In this document: piece after piece, positions 46,684-57,557 of the stretch
Layout: each line of letters begins with the position of its first letter
How positions within the stretch are numbered: the first letter of the stretch is position 1
IMG/VR virus record: IMGVR_UViG_3300021431_000082
Coordinates: 8,047 to 72,046 of that record
DNA length: 64,000 bases
Source: a virus
Taxonomy: Duplodnaviria; Heunggongvirae; Uroviricota; Caudoviricetes
Direction: 5' to 3' (one strand)
Notes under the pieces: model-generated
Databases searched by the model: none
What the model was told of the DNA's origin: nothing
The model's input: only the letters and a program-made list of their open reading frames with translations
Program-made: the position numbers and the translations under genes

Positions 46684-49600
46684 GCAATTTTTGAAAGTTT
46701 TGTAATCCAATTTACTTTTGTTCCAGGGATCGGGACCCAGATATCCTTACCCTTCTTATCCTTTTTTGGATTACCGTCTTCATCAAGAAGCTTCTGCTTC
46801 CTCGGTCTCACCTCTTCAGATTCGACTGCGATGAAACATGGCTCGTTGATGCCGCTCACTTTAGTTCGAGCCTGGTCTACAATACCAGTTGCTAGATTGT
46901 ATCTTGTCATATAGGTATTTCCCCAAGCCCTACTTAACTCAACCACATAATAGATTCCATTATAAATTGGATTATGTGAATAGGCATATCCGAGATACTC
47001 ATACTGGTCTTTGACCATCTGCCTGATATCATCCTTGCCGGCAGGTGTAGCATCCTCTATATAATGAAGCAGCGCCACGGTATCTACGCCGGTGTATGAC
47101 TTCTCTGTGGTCTTAGTGGCGAACTTGGCAACATCAATCCTAAGCTTGTCACTATAATCCAGACTCAACAGCTTCTTAAACTTCTTCCCGGTCTTACTCC
47201 ATAAAAGATTGAAGCACTCGTTTACCCTGAGCAGCTTGGCAACAGTCCCGAATTCACTGAAGAATCCAAGCCTGATCAGGATTTCAGTTTGCCTGGTATC
47301 AATCTGACTCGGTCCAATTTTAGCCAGGATATCAGAGAAGTATTTCGTATCAATATCTCTTATCTTGTAGAGTTCGTCAGCTACCATAGCATTCAGATAC
47401 TTAACAGCTCCGATTCCTTTATAGATTACATTCTGTTCTTTATCAAAGGAGTGTGTTGCCTGGGAGAAGCGGAACTTGATCGGTTTGATCTTGATTTTTC
47501 TCCTGTTGGCATAGGCAATGATGTTAGCGGTTTTTTCTTTATCATCTGAGAATACATCCAATGCCGCAGTCAGGAATTCGAGTGGGTAATAATAGCGGAG
47601 ATAACCGGCAGCATATCCGGTTGCAGCATAAGCGTCCGAGTGATTCCAGGAGAATCCGTATTCACTCGCATCCAAGATAACCTGTAAGAACGGTTTAATA
47701 ACCTCGGCACACTTTTCTTTGCTTACGTCATAGTGCTCTGATGCATAGTTAATAAAGCGCTCCTCAATCTCCGGTAGTAGCGTGGCGGTTCCTTTCTTCT
47801 TAGCAATCGCACGACGGACATTATCAGACTCTGCATCGCTGTATCCACAGAATAGCGTCAGGAACTTCATGATGTCTTCCTGTAACGCCAGTCGCCCAAG
47901 CGTATTCGACAGGAACTGATTTAGCTCAGGCAGACCATTATCGTATGCATCACCCTTTGCGACCTCATCTCTAAATGATTCACAGGCCGGTCTGAGCGCT
48001 GCCGATCCAAAGCTAAACCACTTTAACATGCTGAGGTTTGGATTGGTCTTTCTTACTTTTCTGATTGTCTCATCTGATAGAAAGTTCTTTAAGAATTCGT
48101 GCGCTGAATCAGACTCGAACTGGAAGATTAATGTTGAATCTTCTCTGATCGAATTCCACACATCCATGTCATCGTAGTTCAGATCAGATGGATTAATCCT
48201 TGGAATCCCGATAAGCCTGCAAGTCTCATTAATTACACCGATAGTATCGAGTCCAAGGATATCAAGCTTGACATACATCATCCTGTCGAGTGACTTCATG
48301 TCTAACATGGAGACTGGGTAGTCACTACCCTTAATCCTACATAGGCCAATCTCAGATTCGATATCATGATCTGATACCAATACACCCGATGGGTGTGTTC
48401 CAATCGAGACATAGACTCCAACAAGAAGGTCAACATACCTGAATAGTTCACTGTGCTTCTCACGGCATTCTTTACTCGGGATATCATCCTTATCTAATCC
48501 ATCTTTTATCTCGTCAACTTCTTTAAGTGACAACCCCAACGCACGACCTACATCTTCAATCGCTCCTCTCATTTTAATTGAGTTGAACGTGATGATCTCA
48601 GCCGTCTTGATATTCGGAAGATCCATGTGATCTCTCAGTAGATATGTCTTAACCTTTGTCCGTGCAGAATCCTCATAGTCACAGTCAATATCACAGTTTG
48701 TAACACGGCTTGGATTCATAAAGCGGAAGAAGTTGAGGTTATTATCAATAGGATCGAGATAAGTGATGCCAAGCAGCGCAGAAATCAGCGACCCAGTACA
48801 TGATCCTCTGCCATATCCTCTCAGGATTCCGTTTTTCCGCTCCCACTCTACCATATGACGCTCAAGGAGCATGAAGTCAATAGATTTACACTTCTTATAC
48901 ACCTCGAATTCGTCACTGATAATCGGTTTTAGTTCGGAAAGCTTGTGTCTCTTCTTGATGAAGTCGCATTCTTTGTACCCTTCATTGATTTTCTGCTTAA
49001 ATGCAGCCTCAGAGTCATCGTAGATATGAGGATACTTTGGCTCAAAGTCAAGTGTGAACGGTTCGATCATATCAGCCATTACATTTGTGTTGTTAATGGC
49101 TTCAAGATATACATTTTTCGGCAGCGAGTCCTGGATTCTGTACGCTTCAACCAATTCATCATAGGTTTTGAAGGTAAGATCAAAATTTTCCTCACCATCA
49201 AAGTGAACGCCTTTGCTTTTCTGTAAAATCGACCTGGCTTCAGCATGTTCAGCGTTAAGCGCATGAGTATCTGTGCCAGCGATCAACCTCACACCATATT
49301 CTTTGCTCAATCCAAAGAGCAGACGGTTATATTTAACCTGCTCAGGATCAATATGGTGCTGAATTTCAAGAAAACAACGATCTTTATGCTCCACAATCCA
49401 ATCAAGATAGCGCTCAACTACTTCTCCCTGACCTTTATGGAGCGGGCCCGTAAGACAGGCGGTAGTTACGATTACATTATTGCTCGTACCAAACAGTTCG
49501 CCGAAAGTAATACGGGGATCATAGTAATAGTGACCATCTCTATCAAAAGACCTGGACACAAGCCGGTTGATTTCCTGTACACCATCATAATTCCTGGCAA

Positions 49601-49883
49601 TCAGAACCGTATGGTAGTTATCTCTTACTTTTTCTTCAAGTGATACGGTAAGATAAACCTCGACCGCATAGATAAACTTCATTCCTGCGGCTTCGATCTC
49701 CGTTTTCTTAGCTTCCCATGCGAATGCGTTACCATGTTCGGAAAAACCGAGCGCAGTCATTCCACACTCCTTAGCTTTCTTCACATAGTCTTTGTACTTC
49801 GTAACGCTGTCGACCTTAAACACACTCAAATCAGAGTGGCAATGATAGACAACATAATTCACCCGACTTCCTCCATCTCCCAC
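46680..49883 (-). CDS. dnaE: DNA polymerase III alpha subunit (PHP + polymerase core), DnaE-like
   Basis: 1067 aa with N-terminal PHP histidines (YVVYHCHSDLS...GFSEHGN) and a large Pol III alpha core. Confidence 0.8.
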   Translation of the reverse strand: MGDGGSRVNYVVYHCHSDLSVFKVDSVTKYKDYVKKAKECGMTALGFSEHGNAFAWEAKKTEIEAAGMKFIYAVEVYLTVSLEEKVRDNYHTVLIARNYDGVQEINRLVSRSFDRDGHYYYDPRITFGELFGTSNNVIVTTACLTGPLHKGQGEVVERYLDWIVEHKDRCFLEIQHHIDPEQVKYNRLLFGLSKEYGVRLIAGTDTHALNAEHAEARSILQKSKGVHFDGEENFDLTFKTYDELVEAYRIQDSLPKNVYLEAINNTNVMADMIEPFTLDFEPKYPHIYDDSEAAFKQKINEGYKECDFIKKRHKLSELKPIISDEFEVYKKCKSIDFMLLERHMVEWERKNGILRGYGRGSCTGSLISALLGITYLDPIDNNLNFFRFMNPSRVTNCDIDCDYEDSARTKVKTYLLRDHMDLPNIKTAEIITFNSIKMRGAIEDVGRALGLSLKEVDEIKDGLDKDDIPSKECREKHSELFRYVDLLVGVYVSIGTHPSGVLVSDHDIESEIGLCRIKGSDYPVSMLDMKSLDRMMYVKLDILGLDTIGVINETCRLIGIPRINPSDLNYDDMDVWNSIREDSTLIFQFESDSAHEFLKNFLSDETIRKVRKTNPNLSMLKWFSFGSAALRPACESFRDEVAKGDAYDNGLPELNQFLSNTLGRLALQEDIMKFLTLFCGYSDAESDNVRRAIAKKKGTATLLPEIEERFINYASEHYDVSKEKCAEVIKPFLQVILDASEYGFSWNHSDAYAATGYAAGYLRYYYPLEFLTAALDVFSDDKEKTANIIAYANRRKIKIKPIKFRFSQATHSFDKEQNVIYKGIGAVKYLNAMVADELYKIRDIDTKYFSDILAKIGPSQIDTRQTEILIRLGFFSEFGTVAKLLRVNECFNLLWSKTGKKFKKLLSLDYSDKLRIDVAKFATKTTEKSYTGVDTVALLHYIEDATPAGKDDIRQMVKDQYEYLGYAYSHNPIYNGIYYVVELSRAWGNTYMTRYNLATGIVDQARTKVSGINEPCFIAVESEEVRPRKQKLLDEDGNPKKDKKGKDIWVPIPGTKVNWITKLSKIA

Positions 49884-50013
49884 CTAAATCCACAGCGATC
49901 ACATGTGTAGCACAGGACTCTTACGATCTTCGGAAGCATCCGCACCCACTTTGTGTATGTCCTGATTGTTGGGGTCGGCACCCGAATGTTACCGCATTTC
50001 GGACATACGTTTT

Positions 50014-50214
50014 TCAAATGCTCACCTCGAACTTTCCTTCAATTACCTCGAACTGATCAGGCTTATCGAGCATGGAAACAATAAAGTCCGCATCCTTTTT
50101 AGAATCATATTGGGCAGCATCCTCAAAATAGTCAGTAGGCGTATGCTCATCTGTTAAAAACTGAATCGGTCTCTCTTTCCACATGATAAAGTAAACAGGT
50201 CTTGTTAAAATCAT
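50014..50214 (-). CDS. hypothetical small protein
   Basis: 66-aa ORF. Confidence 0.35.
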   Translation of the reverse strand: MILTRPVYFIMWKERPIQFLTDEHTPTDYFEDAAQYDSKKDADFIVSMLDKPDQFEVIEGKFEVSI

Positions 50215-50576
50215 TCTTCACCCTCGCACACTTTGCATTTAATTCTGATTGGTGTTTTGTATCTCCCACAGATCGGGCAAATATGACCGCTCATCCTCTC
50301 GTACTTGTTGATTATGTCCTCAATCTGATCGTTAGTAGGAGCGACATAAATCCGAAGCATATTCCACTTTTCTTTGGCGTCGAGAATTTCAAAATCATCT
50401 CTGCAACGATAGAATTCTATGGCATCATCAAGTTCATCAATCATGTCAAGTGCCATATCTTCCCATCCAACCGGAATGAAGTCAAGGATTTCCACACAAT
50501 CGTAGTCATCGTCAATCTTTAACCACGGATACCGCTCGCACAACTTCTTGTTGTCTTCCTTCGTTCTCATATACAT
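50211..50576 (-). CDS. zinc-ribbon protein
   Basis: C-terminal CPICGRY...CKVCEG. Confidence 0.4.
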   Translation of the reverse strand: MYMRTKEDNKKLCERYPWLKIDDDYDCVEILDFIPVGWEDMALDMIDELDDAIEFYRCRDDFEILDAKEKWNMLRIYVAPTNDQIEDIINKYERMSGHICPICGRYKTPIRIKCKVCEGEE

Positions 50577-50662
50577 TGATCTCCCACTTTATATGACACT
50601 TAGGACAGCTGAATATAACTCGATTGTATTTCGTTACTTTCAGCTGCCCATTCTTACAACAA

Positions 50663-51025
50663 TCACATGTCATTATCATTTAAACTCACATCAGCCCTAT
50701 CAATATAATCCTGAAGAATCTCTTTAATCTTTAACTCCACGTCACGATCTGTATCCGTATAGCGCTTCGCACCGACATAACCATAAAACAGATCACGTAT
50801 TTCGCCATCAAACTCATCATCAAAAGCTTTATTCTCAAAACCGATACTTGTTTCGAGTTTTGCAAATTTGTTCTGAACGTCAAACAGCTTTTCTCTTTCT
50901 GTCTTTGTCAGCTTTAACGAACTTGAAATTTTCGTACAAGCGTCGGCGATCAGATCCTTTACGAGTCTGTAATATGCACCGGCTGTAATATAATCTCTAT
51001 CCTTCTTCATCTTAATAATCCTCAT
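50663..51025 (-). CDS. hypothetical protein
   Basis: 120-aa ORF. Confidence 0.4.
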   Translation of the reverse strand: MRIIKMKKDRDYITAGAYYRLVKDLIADACTKISSSLKLTKTEREKLFDVQNKFAKLETSIGFENKAFDDEFDGEIRDLFYGYVGAKRYTDTDRDVELKIKEILQDYIDRADVSLNDNDM

Positions 51026-51911
51026 TCAGTGTGCTTTTTCCTTTTACATTCTGGAACATTTCCTTCACACTCAGATCTCCAATCGGGAGTTCAAGCATAT
51101 CAAGTGAACTCGGACTATAAGTTCCATTAACAAGATTGATATAAAAGCTAGACGTTGCCTCTTTTCCCATGTAAAACTCCTCCCATGCTGCATCAGACAC
51201 AAGTCCTTTGACTTTCAGCTGTTTCAGTGCCAGGTTATCGAAGCTGACCGCTTTGAACATGTGCAGTAACACCGGGAGATAATGTCTCATCATCCGCTGC
51301 TTACGATTCACTTCATCATTCGCCTCAGAATGATACGCAACGCCACGGCCTTTATCCTTATAGCCGAGGATCAGGAGCTTAAGGTCTTTGCCACCAAGCA
51401 TCAGCAGGTCTGTCATCGTTACCACTCCATTGATCACATGGATAACCGCATTGTCAAACTGCTTCACCGCATCAATGAACTGCGGAGTAGCCTGGACGAG
51501 CGAGATGCCAACGCCCCAGAGGAGCTTCTCATCTACCAGGGTTGCGATATAGTCTTCATGCTTCTCAAAGTGGCGCTGATTGATAGTAGCATTGACGATT
51601 ACGCCCTGGTCCTTCATCCTCTTAAGGAAGTCTTCAAAGCCATCAGGGAGCGGGAACTGCATGTTAATTGCCATCTCAACTCCAGCCGGGATTCCGTTTA
51701 AGAAATCCCAGTTGAAGTTAGCGACCTTGCCATCAGGAGTGCAGTTCGCATAGCAGAACTTGCATCCGTTATCACAGCGCTCAGAGATGCAGACATCCAT
51801 GCTTGAAGCAAATTCAAAATCGAATTCATCATCGTCAGTTTCCATGATCTTGGTGCCATCATCATACAGTTCGATAGTTGCGTTTCCATTTTTGTATTTG
51901 CTCAGTAGCAT
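51012..51911 (-). CDS. radical SAM enzyme (function unknown)
   Basis: CDNGCKFC (Cx3Cx2C) motif near the N-terminus; 299 aa. Confidence 0.55.
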   Translation of the reverse strand: MLLSKYKNGNATIELYDDGTKIMETDDDEFDFEFASSMDVCISERCDNGCKFCYANCTPDGKVANFNWDFLNGIPAGVEMAINMQFPLPDGFEDFLKRMKDQGVIVNATINQRHFEKHEDYIATLVDEKLLWGVGISLVQATPQFIDAVKQFDNAVIHVINGVVTMTDLLMLGGKDLKLLILGYKDKGRGVAYHSEANDEVNRKQRMMRHYLPVLLHMFKAVSFDNLALKQLKVKGLVSDAAWEEFYMGKEATSSFYINLVNGTYSPSSLDMLELPIGDLSVKEMFQNVKGKSTLNEDY

Positions 51912-51920
51912 AAAACCTCC

Positions 51921-52205
51921 TTAATCGTGTCCGTAGTATCCAAACACTACAACCTTCTGTCCGTTCGTCAGAGTGGTCTCCTGTTTGAACGTCTCAAACC
52001 AATCCTCATTATCCCAACGATCATACGACCAGAATTCATCTTCATCGTCTTCTAGCGGATCAATTTCCTCTTTCATCTCGTTAGAATAATGATTCCACAG
52101 CAATTCTCCATCTTCAAACTTCTCCCATTCCTCTGGCGTACAAATGCAAAGCGCATGTACCATAGAAGAGTTCGTTTCAAACATTCCTTTTCTTACTTTT
52201 CTCAT
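51921..52205 (-). CDS. FETNSS-family protein
   Basis: N-terminus MRKVRKGMFETNSSMVHALCIC. Confidence 0.45.
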   Translation of the reverse strand: MRKVRKGMFETNSSMVHALCICTPEEWEKFEDGELLWNHYSNEMKEEIDPLEDDEDEFWSYDRWDNEDWFETFKQETTLTNGQKVVVFGYYGHD

Positions 52206-52211
52206 AGTTCT

Positions 52212-52652
52212 TTAGTCGCGGTACTCCTTTACCATAACCGGCGAAAAGATAAAGCTAATCACCGAATCCCTGTCACATGTATCAACAAACTCGTCAGTGT
52301 AATCACCCCATTGTGCCTGATGATTGATGCCGGGTTCCGTGCTGTAATCAATCTTGATGTCTTTTGCGCCTGTGTAATCACACACAAACTCTTTTACTGT
52401 CTTATACTCATAATCTTCTTCGAGGTCTCTCCAATTCCATCCGCAATTCTTATATGCAATCTGCGTAATTAGGTAAGACAGTTTAGATTCCTGCGTGTCA
52501 CAAGGAAACTCAAAGTCGTCATTTAAGAATGAAACCTTTATCTTACCTCTGGTTATCTTAAGATTGGATTTCTCAATGTATTTCTCCGGCATGACCAGGC
52601 AATGTACCGCCGAACTATTTGTTTCAAAAACTCCTGCTCTTACCTTTCTCAT
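52212..52652 (-). CDS. FETNSS-family protein
   Basis: N-terminus MRKVRAGVFETNSSAVHCLVM. Confidence 0.45.
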   Translation of the reverse strand: MRKVRAGVFETNSSAVHCLVMPEKYIEKSNLKITRGKIKVSFLNDDFEFPCDTQESKLSYLITQIAYKNCGWNWRDLEEDYEYKTVKEFVCDYTGAKDIKIDYSTEPGINHQAQWGDYTDEFVDTCDRDSVISFIFSPVMVKEYRD

Positions 52653-53194
52653 TTCTGCACGACCTCCAACTCCTCTAAAAGCCCAGCATTCTGATATTTC
52701 TGCAACTGCCAGTATTCATCTCCGTCAATAACAACGACATACTTCGGATTGAGAAGGAATTCTTCGAGCGATATCTTGTTGTTATCCAGAAATCTCTGAA
52801 GCAATCCCCTAGACTGATGATCAATATCGCCATAATAAACCTCATCATCATAATCAGTGTCGAAACAAAACTCCCTCATATGGTCTTCGCCAACTTTATC
52901 AGCTGCTTCATTGTATGCTTTTACAAATATTCTCGTAATTTCATCCGATCTCTCAGCTCCGAATGATGCAAAAGCATATAAAGTCTTGCGGAATAGATTG
53001 CAAAGAATTTCAAAAGGTTCTCTTCCAAATGAACATTCATCATAACTAAGTTCTACAGATCCGTCTCCAAAGACCCAGACGCCATCGACTATCTCTTTTG
53101 GCGTATATCTATCTTCTGTCTTATTCTTTACAATGCAGATCGAATGCATTGACGAACTGTTGGTTTCAAATACTTCATTCCTGATCTTTTTCAT
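52649..53194 (-). CDS. FETNSS-family protein
   Basis: N-terminus MKKIRNEVFETNSSSMHSICIV. Confidence 0.45.
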   Translation of the reverse strand: MKKIRNEVFETNSSSMHSICIVKNKTEDRYTPKEIVDGVWVFGDGSVELSYDECSFGREPFEILCNLFRKTLYAFASFGAERSDEITRIFVKAYNEAADKVGEDHMREFCFDTDYDDEVYYGDIDHQSRGLLQRFLDNNKISLEEFLLNPKYVVVIDGDEYWQLQKYQNAGLLEELEVVQK

Positions 53195-53934
53195 ACGATT
53201 CTTTCAATCCTTTCATACAAACAAATCTCTTTTCCGAATGACTCATCTCTGTGATGATGACCGAAGTACCAACGGTGATATTTCACGTTGCTTTGGACTT
53301 CTTGTAGATAACGGTTCAGATCATTCACATCAACCGCCCCATTCGGATACATATGCATCGCAATTCCGGTTGGGCAGTCATGTGTAATGATAAAATCGAC
53401 ATCATTATCGGCCAGTTCGAGATTGTAAATTCCGTTATTCATCTCAGCTTCATTAGGCATCTCTTCCTTCCACCATGAATAGTGATTGATTCGAAAGAAT
53501 TTGCCCTGTTTCTGCCAGAGTTTTGCTTTCTGTAGCCATCCATCTTCAGACGGATCAATAATTCCATCGAAAATGTCATGCGAAGCTGCACCACCAAACG
53601 TAAAGAACACTTTATTCTGTAGCGCGAACACTTCTCCACGCATCAGGTGAAAGATACTGTCTGTTACTCTGTGTATCTTCCCGCCGTTCCACTCTTCGAC
53701 CGGTAACTTGTTCAGCTGATCAAAGTTTTCATGGTTACCATCGACAAATAATGTTGTCCATGGCTTTTCGGTGAGCCACTTGAACCAATAGCGCTGATCA
53801 GGTGTGTCATGCCAGATTCCAAAGTCTCCGCAGACAATCACATAATCATCTTTGGTGGCGTCTTTACCTTCGGGAAAAGTCTTAGAAGAAAATTTATTAA
53901 ACTCAGCATGGCAATCGCCGGTAACCCAGATCAT
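53191..53934 (-). CDS. metallophosphoesterase (calcineurin-like)
   Basis: VTGDCHAE, VCGDFG, DGNHENF motifs. Confidence 0.65.
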   Translation of the reverse strand: MIWVTGDCHAEFNKFSSKTFPEGKDATKDDYVIVCGDFGIWHDTPDQRYWFKWLTEKPWTTLFVDGNHENFDQLNKLPVEEWNGGKIHRVTDSIFHLMRGEVFALQNKVFFTFGGAASHDIFDGIIDPSEDGWLQKAKLWQKQGKFFRINHYSWWKEEMPNEAEMNNGIYNLELADNDVDFIITHDCPTGIAMHMYPNGAVDVNDLNRYLQEVQSNVKYHRWYFGHHHRDESFGKEICLYERIERIV

Positions 53935-54037
53935 ACGCCGTACCTCGGTGGATTCTGATCGTCATGAAGCACGACAATCGTGATCGCAATTAAAAATCCA
54001 GTTAAAATACCTAAGATAAAGAATGCCGGTACAATCA

Positions 54038-54823
54038 TCAATCATCCTCCAAGTATTCACAGCTGTGTCTATAGTTACAAATGTTATGGCAGTAGAAGTA
54101 ATCCTCTTTATTCTCAAAGATTTCTTCACATTTGATCCTGTCGATCAGTTCAGTTGCCCACTCCCATGCTTCCCTATACTCATCCCAATCAAAAGGAACC
54201 ACAGTCAGGTCTCCGGTCTTAAAATGATTCCAGACCAACTTCTTTGGAGTCTTGTTGTACTTCTCAATAATAGGTGTGGAGTATAAGTACAGCTGCCTTT
54301 TATATTCCTGGAGAGTTTTCATCTCGGTCTTTAGCGGCTTTCCATTCTTACCGAGCAGCTTCTTATGTGACTTGTGATCAACCAGGATAAGGTCTCCTGT
54401 GTCCTTTTCCTCAAGTAGCAGGTCAATGAATCCCAGAAAATTCTCTCCGTTTCTGGTGAATCTGACTTCACCTTCTGTCATAAGAATATTGTACTTATCC
54501 AGTTCATGGCCGGTAAGCCCACCGAGATAGTCAATGCATCCCCAGTATGTGTTCTCAACGATTGAATCCTTGACTTCAGAGGTATCAACCGAGGACCACA
54601 GTTCATCGAATTTTTTAATTGCATCCTCAACCTTTATGGTTCCTTTAGCCAGGTACTCCAGTGTCTCGTGCATCGCTGATCCTGCCTCGGAAAAGAAGTT
54701 CCGTTCTCCGTTATCGTGCAGGACATAATGCAGGTAGAATGCATATGGACACTGCTCAAATGCATTCAGTTTTGTAAAGCTCCATGTCAAAGCCTGTATC
54801 TCTCCTTGTATAACTGTTCCCAT
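54038..54823 (-). CDS. PD-(D/E)XK nuclease, Cas4/RecB-like with C-terminal 4-Cys cluster
   Basis: GFIDLL...LVDHKSHKK (D-E-K motif), plus N-terminal C and C-terminal CHNICNYRHSC cysteines. Confidence 0.55.
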   Translation of the reverse strand: MGTVIQGEIQALTWSFTKLNAFEQCPYAFYLHYVLHDNGERNFFSEAGSAMHETLEYLAKGTIKVEDAIKKFDELWSSVDTSEVKDSIVENTYWGCIDYLGGLTGHELDKYNILMTEGEVRFTRNGENFLGFIDLLLEEKDTGDLILVDHKSHKKLLGKNGKPLKTEMKTLQEYKRQLYLYSTPIIEKYNKTPKKLVWNHFKTGDLTVVPFDWDEYREAWEWATELIDRIKCEEIFENKEDYFYCHNICNYRHSCEYLEDD

Positions 54824-55773
54824 ATCTCCTTACCCCTATCCACCGGCGCTTCCTTTTCACCAAGCAGGTCTGGGTTCGATATGATATCTACGTTCAAAAA
54901 CTTTACCAGTGTTCCGATCCCCTTTACTGTTTCAGGGTTAACATCAGAGTCAAAAGCAATCACAACATCAGCTCCGAGTTTGATCAGTAGCTTTATCTGC
55001 TCTCGGTTAATCTCATGGGACTCAACAGAAACTGTATTCAGGTAACCGTAGTCATAAGCTTTCATACAGCTCTTGATTCCTTCGAACAGGATGACTTCGC
55101 CTTTCGCTTTTATATACGGTAATGCCTGTTGCCATCCCTGAAAGTAGTCAATTGTCCCCGACTTTACATAGTTCACATACTTCGGGATTCCAAGTTCCTT
55201 ATACAGTTTTCGTCTTGTCCGTCCTTTGATGTTGATAAAATTGCCGGCCGCATCGAAGACAGGATAGACAATTCTTTTTTTACCTTCATCTATCCTGACA
55301 TAGTAGCGGCGCATCGCATCTGGGCTAATCTCTTCCTCTAACCATTCTTCCGGTAGCTCCTTTTTGAATTGATCGTAAATTGACTTGTCCAAAATCTGAT
55401 GCTGTACACGTTGGTTCTTAATTGGAGCCAACGACCGATTGACGATAACCGTCTGCGACCTATATCCATCTTTCTGCTCGACATTCCCAAGGTGAGCTGC
55501 TTTTTGGACAGCATCCTTAAAGCTTAGATGTTCTACAAACCGCAGCCAGCTAATGATTCCGCCGCCGGCCCCACAGGCGAAGCACTTGAAGATGTTCATC
55601 TCAGGATTGATACAAAGACTAGCTGTGTCATCCTGATGTTCCGTGCTCGGACAATGAGTGAAGTAATTTCCACTCTTCTCTTCAAAGTCAAAGCTTTGCT
55701 TTGCGTAATCCAGAAGATTGACTGACTTGTTTATCTCCTCAAGATATCCGGGATCATACGATTCCTGCGTCAT
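54787..55773 (-). CDS. DNA primase (DnaG-like; zinc finger + TOPRIM)
   Basis: CPSTEHQDD...CFACGAGG zinc ribbon, followed by a TOPRIM acidic region (EGIKS...DSD). Confidence 0.65.
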   Translation of the reverse strand: MTQESYDPGYLEEINKSVNLLDYAKQSFDFEEKSGNYFTHCPSTEHQDDTASLCINPEMNIFKCFACGAGGGIISWLRFVEHLSFKDAVQKAAHLGNVEQKDGYRSQTVIVNRSLAPIKNQRVQHQILDKSIYDQFKKELPEEWLEEEISPDAMRRYYVRIDEGKKRIVYPVFDAAGNFINIKGRTRRKLYKELGIPKYVNYVKSGTIDYFQGWQQALPYIKAKGEVILFEGIKSCMKAYDYGYLNTVSVESHEINREQIKLLIKLGADVVIAFDSDVNPETVKGIGTLVKFLNVDIISNPDLLGEKEAPVDRGKEIWEQLYKERYRL

Positions 55774-57094
55774 GTCGTGCAGCCTCCTGGATCGTCAGTC
55801 CTTTAGCCCACTGAAGGTCAAGGTACTCGCTTTCCATCATCGAAGGCCCGAGGCGATTTAACTTTACTAACAGCCCCATAGTTCCGCAGTCAGCGCCATC
55901 GTTTAAGATCTGCTCTTGCGTTTTCTTAAAAAGGCTACATGAAACCGAGCAGTATCTTTCGATTGCATCCGACTCGGCGATCTCTCCAGACCTACCTACC
56001 TGAGCAAATGCCAGGACTGCAAGATCAAGTTCGCCACCGATTCTGTTCTTAAGGAAGTCTGTCATGGCTCCCATCTGATTGGAGCGGCGCGATGCCTCAA
56101 CTTCATCGCCACCCTTAATGTAGTCATAAATGACAAACTCAAGTCCGTTCTGGATTTTCTGTTGGTAGCAGAGCGAATAAAGCTGATCCATATTCATGCT
56201 CGGATTAAAGATGTGAACGAGCGGGAGCTTATCAATAGCCTTCATTGCATTCTCAACAATGGCATTTTCATCTCCGGTAAGCTGTTCATTCTCAAGCCTC
56301 AGCGGCGTAATCCCGGTGTAGTGTGAAAGAACTCTCAGGTAAAACAGTTTGTCTGACATCTCACTGTCGTATATCATCGTCGGAATATTATGCTGGGCCG
56401 CATTGAGCGCTTCAAGCATTCCAAAGATTGACTTACCTGTTTTCATTCTTGCTCCAACCAGAACCATCTCCTGTTTCTGATAGATGAAATAGTTCTTCAG
56501 CGTTGGAAGGATAGATGGGAAACCATTCATCTCACCGGCTGCTTTGCGTTTCTGAATATCATTCCAGATTTGCGTTCCAACCTCACCGATCTGACGTATC
56601 TCATCGTGAGTGATGTATCTCGTCATGATCTCCTGGAAGTCCTTGTAGACCTTAGAGCTCAGCTTATCTACTCCAATGTCAGGATTGGCAAGTGTATAGT
56701 TCGCAGTGGCCTCGCAGTTGTTGATCACATCTCTCGCCACAGCAAGATCAAGAACTCTCTTGACATACATCTTGTAAGCCTGAATATCATCTGTCTTGCT
56801 GTTGTTTGCGAGGTCGATATAATCCTGCATCGACTTCACATTGTTTGCTTTCTTCCACTCTTTAGCGACGCTTCCATTGCTGTTGATAACATTCTCAAGT
56901 TCGAGCGGACCAATCTGTGATACATGCTGATCCTTAAATAACTTCGAGATTGCCCAGAACATGAGCTGATTATCTGTGTTATGGAAGCAGCGCTCCCTTA
57001 GCGCCGGCGAATGTGCAATAAACTCAGGATGATAAAGAAGCGTACTGATTACTACCGCTTCAGCTTTATTATCTTTAATGGTGTCAGTCTTCAT
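55754..57094 (-). CDS. replicative DNA helicase (DnaB-like)
   Basis: 446 aa with Walker A GARMKTGKS and RecA-like motifs. Confidence 0.7.
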   Translation of the reverse strand: MKTDTIKDNKAEAVVISTLLYHPEFIAHSPALRERCFHNTDNQLMFWAISKLFKDQHVSQIGPLELENVINSNGSVAKEWKKANNVKSMQDYIDLANNSKTDDIQAYKMYVKRVLDLAVARDVINNCEATANYTLANPDIGVDKLSSKVYKDFQEIMTRYITHDEIRQIGEVGTQIWNDIQKRKAAGEMNGFPSILPTLKNYFIYQKQEMVLVGARMKTGKSIFGMLEALNAAQHNIPTMIYDSEMSDKLFYLRVLSHYTGITPLRLENEQLTGDENAIVENAMKAIDKLPLVHIFNPSMNMDQLYSLCYQQKIQNGLEFVIYDYIKGGDEVEASRRSNQMGAMTDFLKNRIGGELDLAVLAFAQVGRSGEIAESDAIERYCSVSCSLFKKTQEQILNDGADCGTMGLLVKLNRLGPSMMESEYLDLQWAKGLTIQEAARHDAGIV

Positions 57095-57546
57095 AGCCCC
57101 TCCGTAATTCTCGACAACCTTGGTGGCGGTGAAGGTGTGTACTTATAATCGGTTGGCTTCTTCTGTTCCGCTAAGGTGATTTTACTAATGATCTTCTGAG
57201 CTTCTCGCTGTCTCCATTTCTGGATTCGATCATCATCTTTGACGAGATAATACAAACCGTATGGAGCTTTGATCGGGACTTTCTCAGTAACAGCTCCCTT
57301 AAGCGCGAACAATAAGAACTCTGGGTCTGTCTTCCGGTCAAAGACGATCTTATTAATTACCTTATAAAGAACCGCCGGCATTACAGTGGAATCAATTTCC
57401 CTCTTGTAGAGCTCCACAACTTCTCTGATTGCCCAACTATATCTGGCACATTCAGGGTGCATGTAATAGCCCTTCTTTACCTGAACTTCCGATCCTTTTT
57501 CGATCTCACCGCCACCATACAGGCATTTGTTATATCTGCACTTCAT
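57091..57546 (-). CDS. hypothetical protein (possible helicase loader)
   Basis: 151-aa ORF coupled to the helicase gene. Confidence 0.35.
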   Translation of the reverse strand: MKCRYNKCLYGGGEIEKGSEVQVKKGYYMHPECARYSWAIREVVELYKREIDSTVMPAVLYKVINKIVFDRKTDPEFLLFALKGAVTEKVPIKAPYGLYYLVKDDDRIQKWRQREAQKIISKITLAEQKKPTDYKYTPSPPPRLSRITEGL

Positions 57547-57557
57547 TCAATCACACC

